From assembly GCA_016933575.1 (NCBI GenBank), contig JAFGAR010000153.1, positions 1 through 15,896 on the forward strand: a stretch of 15,896 bases of DNA, given 5' to 3'. A program made the position numbers and the translations under genes. The first letter of the stretch is position 1; the number at the start of each line of letters is the position of its first letter. This stretch comes from Candidatus Thorarchaeota archaeon. Its GTDB lineage: Archaea; Asgardarchaeota; Thorarchaeia; Thorarchaeales; Thorarchaeaceae. Of this stretch, positions 14,323 to 15,896 are shown in pieces. The notes beneath the pieces are model-generated. The model did not search any database. It saw nothing but the letters and a program-made list of their open reading frames with translations, and had not been told where the DNA came from.

Positions 14323-15032
14323 CCGATAAGATTATATCCAAGGTGTCCCTATTAGATAGTATGCCAGATGGGAGCAAAGACTCGGAGATAGCAAGTGCTC
14401 TAGCTGGTATCCAAAAGCAGCTCAAGTCCATTCAGAACACGATGAAGAGCTTTGAGGGCAGGATAGCATCTCTTGAGCAAGCAGTTGAGCAGAAGCTCTC
14501 AGCGGATGGTGAGAATCCGCTCATCTACTCACGAGTATTGATGAAGACACTCGAGACCATCGGCGACTATGAGAAGGAGCATGGTCATGGGATCGTTGCA
14601 AAGGATCTCGCAGCGATCAGAAACCTTGAGCCTCCTACCGTATACGACCATCTCACCAAGCTTGAGGCAGAGAAGATGATTTTCTGGCAACGAGGGACTG
14701 AGCTCGGCCTGAAGCCCTACAATGGTAAGTTCTACTCAGTGTCAAACAGGGATGAGGCTCTTGAGGACATCCCAGTGCTGATGAGCCTACCCGACACGAT
14801 CATACCAATAGCCCAGACTATCTTGAAGTCATCCTCCGACGGTGTCACGAGGGAAGAACTCCTCAAGATGCTTCTCAGCCTGAAAGAGAGTGGTGAGAGA
14901 CCGTGGAAGGGGATGCATATCGTCGATGTCGAGGCGACTCTCGATGAAGCCTTACAGGTTCTCCTCAGACGGGTGCTTATCGATCACAAGAAGCGTCTGG
15001 ATGGTGATTTCTACTACCCCCGAAGCAGATAG
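14319..15032 (+). CDS. Coiled-coil plus winged-helix DNA-binding protein (LexA-N/DtxR-like HTH, probable second wHTH)
   Basis: Heptad region IASALAGIQKQLKSIQNTMKSFEGRIASLEQAVEQKL. HTH LETIGDYEKEHGHGIVAKDLAAIRNLEPPTVYDHLTKLEAEKMI. C-terminal GVTREELL...LDEALQVLLRRVLIDH.....DFYY resembles a second wHTH. Confidence 0.75.
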   Translation: MSDKIISKVSLLDSMPDGSKDSEIASALAGIQKQLKSIQNTMKSFEGRIASLEQAVEQKLSADGENPLIYSRVLMKTLETIGDYEKEHGHGIVAKDLAAIRNLEPPTVYDHLTKLEAEKMIFWQRGTELGLKPYNGKFYSVSNRDEALEDIPVLMSLPDTIIPIAQTILKSSSDGVTREELLKMLLSLKESGERPWKGMHIVDVEATLDEALQVLLRRVLIDHKKRLDGDFYYPRSR

Positions 15033-15054
15033 CATCCAATGCTTTCATCTCATT

Positions 15055-15843
15055 TCATGTTGTCACGAGGGCAGATAGGGTCTTGATATGCTCTTCTAGG
15101 AATTCTGTCAGCTTTGGCAGGTCCATTGTGCTCTCTGCGATCATGCTTGCTACGATATCAAAGATGTACGGAATGGTCGGTCCTGGGGCTATATCTGCCG
15201 CAGCGAACTTGTCCGTCCAGTAGTCCAGATACTTCTTGATCCGTGGCTCGAGCACAGAGCCCTCCTGGATAGGTACTTGGTTCCAGACGAGGAAGTCCTT
15301 TCGGACAGAGCCTGAACCTGAGTACTTGAGCTTCCTATAGATCGCATTGATGATATTGAAGGTCGTTTCGACACCATATCGTACAGGGCGGATGACCAGC
15401 ACTGAGCGAGTGCTACAAGACAGGAAGTTGATAGCGGCGAGTGAGATACCACTCGAGTTGTCGATGATGATCTCATCGAACTCCATATCGTTCTTGGCAG
15501 TTTTGATCCCTGCCAGGATCTGCTTCAGGTATCTCCCGTGGGTCTTCGCATCGGCCTGGAGTATCTCTTGGCTGAAGTCTGGGGTCGGAGCATAGCTGAC
15601 ATAGAGGTTCTTGTACTGGGATGGGTGCACGACGTCCTTGAAGGCAGCCTTGCCAGCCAGAAAAGATGTGAATGGCTGACCGTCCTTCTTCTGCGGGAAG
15701 AAGGTATCAAAACAGGGTGCATAGTAATCACCATCAATGAGCAGAACCTTCCTTCCTTGCTCACTCATGTGGTATCCTAATGCCGCAGCGATGAGTGATT
15801 TGCCGGTTCCGCCCTTGAAGCTATGGATCGTGATGGTTGCCAT
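15055..15843 (-). CDS. MinD/ParA-family P-loop ATPase
   Basis: Deviant Walker A HSFKGGTGKS, KVLLIDGD, Walker B IIIDNSSG, LVWNQVP. ATG 15843 (preceded by GGGGA) preferred over the track's TTG 15864. Confidence 0.92.
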   Translation of the reverse strand: MATITIHSFKGGTGKSLIAAALGYHMSEQGRKVLLIDGDYYAPCFDTFFPQKKDGQPFTSFLAGKAAFKDVVHPSQYKNLYVSYAPTPDFSQEILQADAKTHGRYLKQILAGIKTAKNDMEFDEIIIDNSSGISLAAINFLSCSTRSVLVIRPVRYGVETTFNIINAIYRKLKYSGSGSVRKDFLVWNQVPIQEGSVLEPRIKKYLDYWTDKFAAADIAPGPTIPYIFDIVASMIAESTMDLPKLTEFLEEHIKTLSALVTT

Positions 15844-15877
15844 TGAAATGTCCCCATCGTTCAAAGATAACTGACAG

Positions 15878-15896
15878 TCTTTAAGATTGTCGCTCG
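15878..15896 (-). promoter_or_regulatory. Putative TATA box of the MinD/ParA gene
   Basis: Minus strand GCGACAATCTTAAAGA, with CTTAAAGA at 15885-15878, ~35-42 nt upstream of the ATG. Confidence 0.45.

Noticed and set aside
14319-15032. Coiled coil plus tandem winged helices as an ESCRT-II (Vps22/25/36)-like protein, or as true LexA
   Set aside because: The first wHTH has a DNA-binding-type HTH signature and no ESCRT genes are nearby. No LexA peptidase domain is visible.
915-15780. Numerous 60-150-aa alternative ORFs in the track (e.g. 915-1217, 2122-2574, 2471-2734, 3613-3882, 11407-11811, 12549-12899, 15189-15476)
   Set aside because: They overlap well-supported genes antisense or out of frame and show no recognisable motifs, so they are treated as shadow ORFs.

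Overview
Archaeal chromosomal window. Evidence: TATA/BRE-like promoters, GGTGA/GAGGT ribosome sites, an apparent leaderless start and N-glycosylation-rich surface proteins. An Asgard (Thorarchaeia-like) origin is my inference from protein style only. Left to right: a membrane-anchored LVIVD beta-propeller, a maspardin-like alpha/beta hydrolase, and a minus-strand winged-helix cluster (a small wHTH, two unlisted micro-ORFs resembling wHTH fragments, a membrane-bound ArsR-type regulator). Next come two giant divergently transcribed surface proteins. One is an AT-rich ~1850-aa protein with two FG-GAP/integrin-alpha-like propellers, five Ig-like domains, an unknown helical domain with a hydrophobic hairpin, and a two-TM anchor. 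The other is a 1548-aa type I membrane protein with lectin-like jelly-roll heads and eight ~87-aa cadherin-like repeats. The window ends with a coiled-coil/LexA-like wHTH gene with a perfect palindrome over its start, convergent with a MinD/ParA ATPase. No RNA genes, CRISPR arrays or transposases were recognised. All family assignments come from motif recognition by eye, not database searches.
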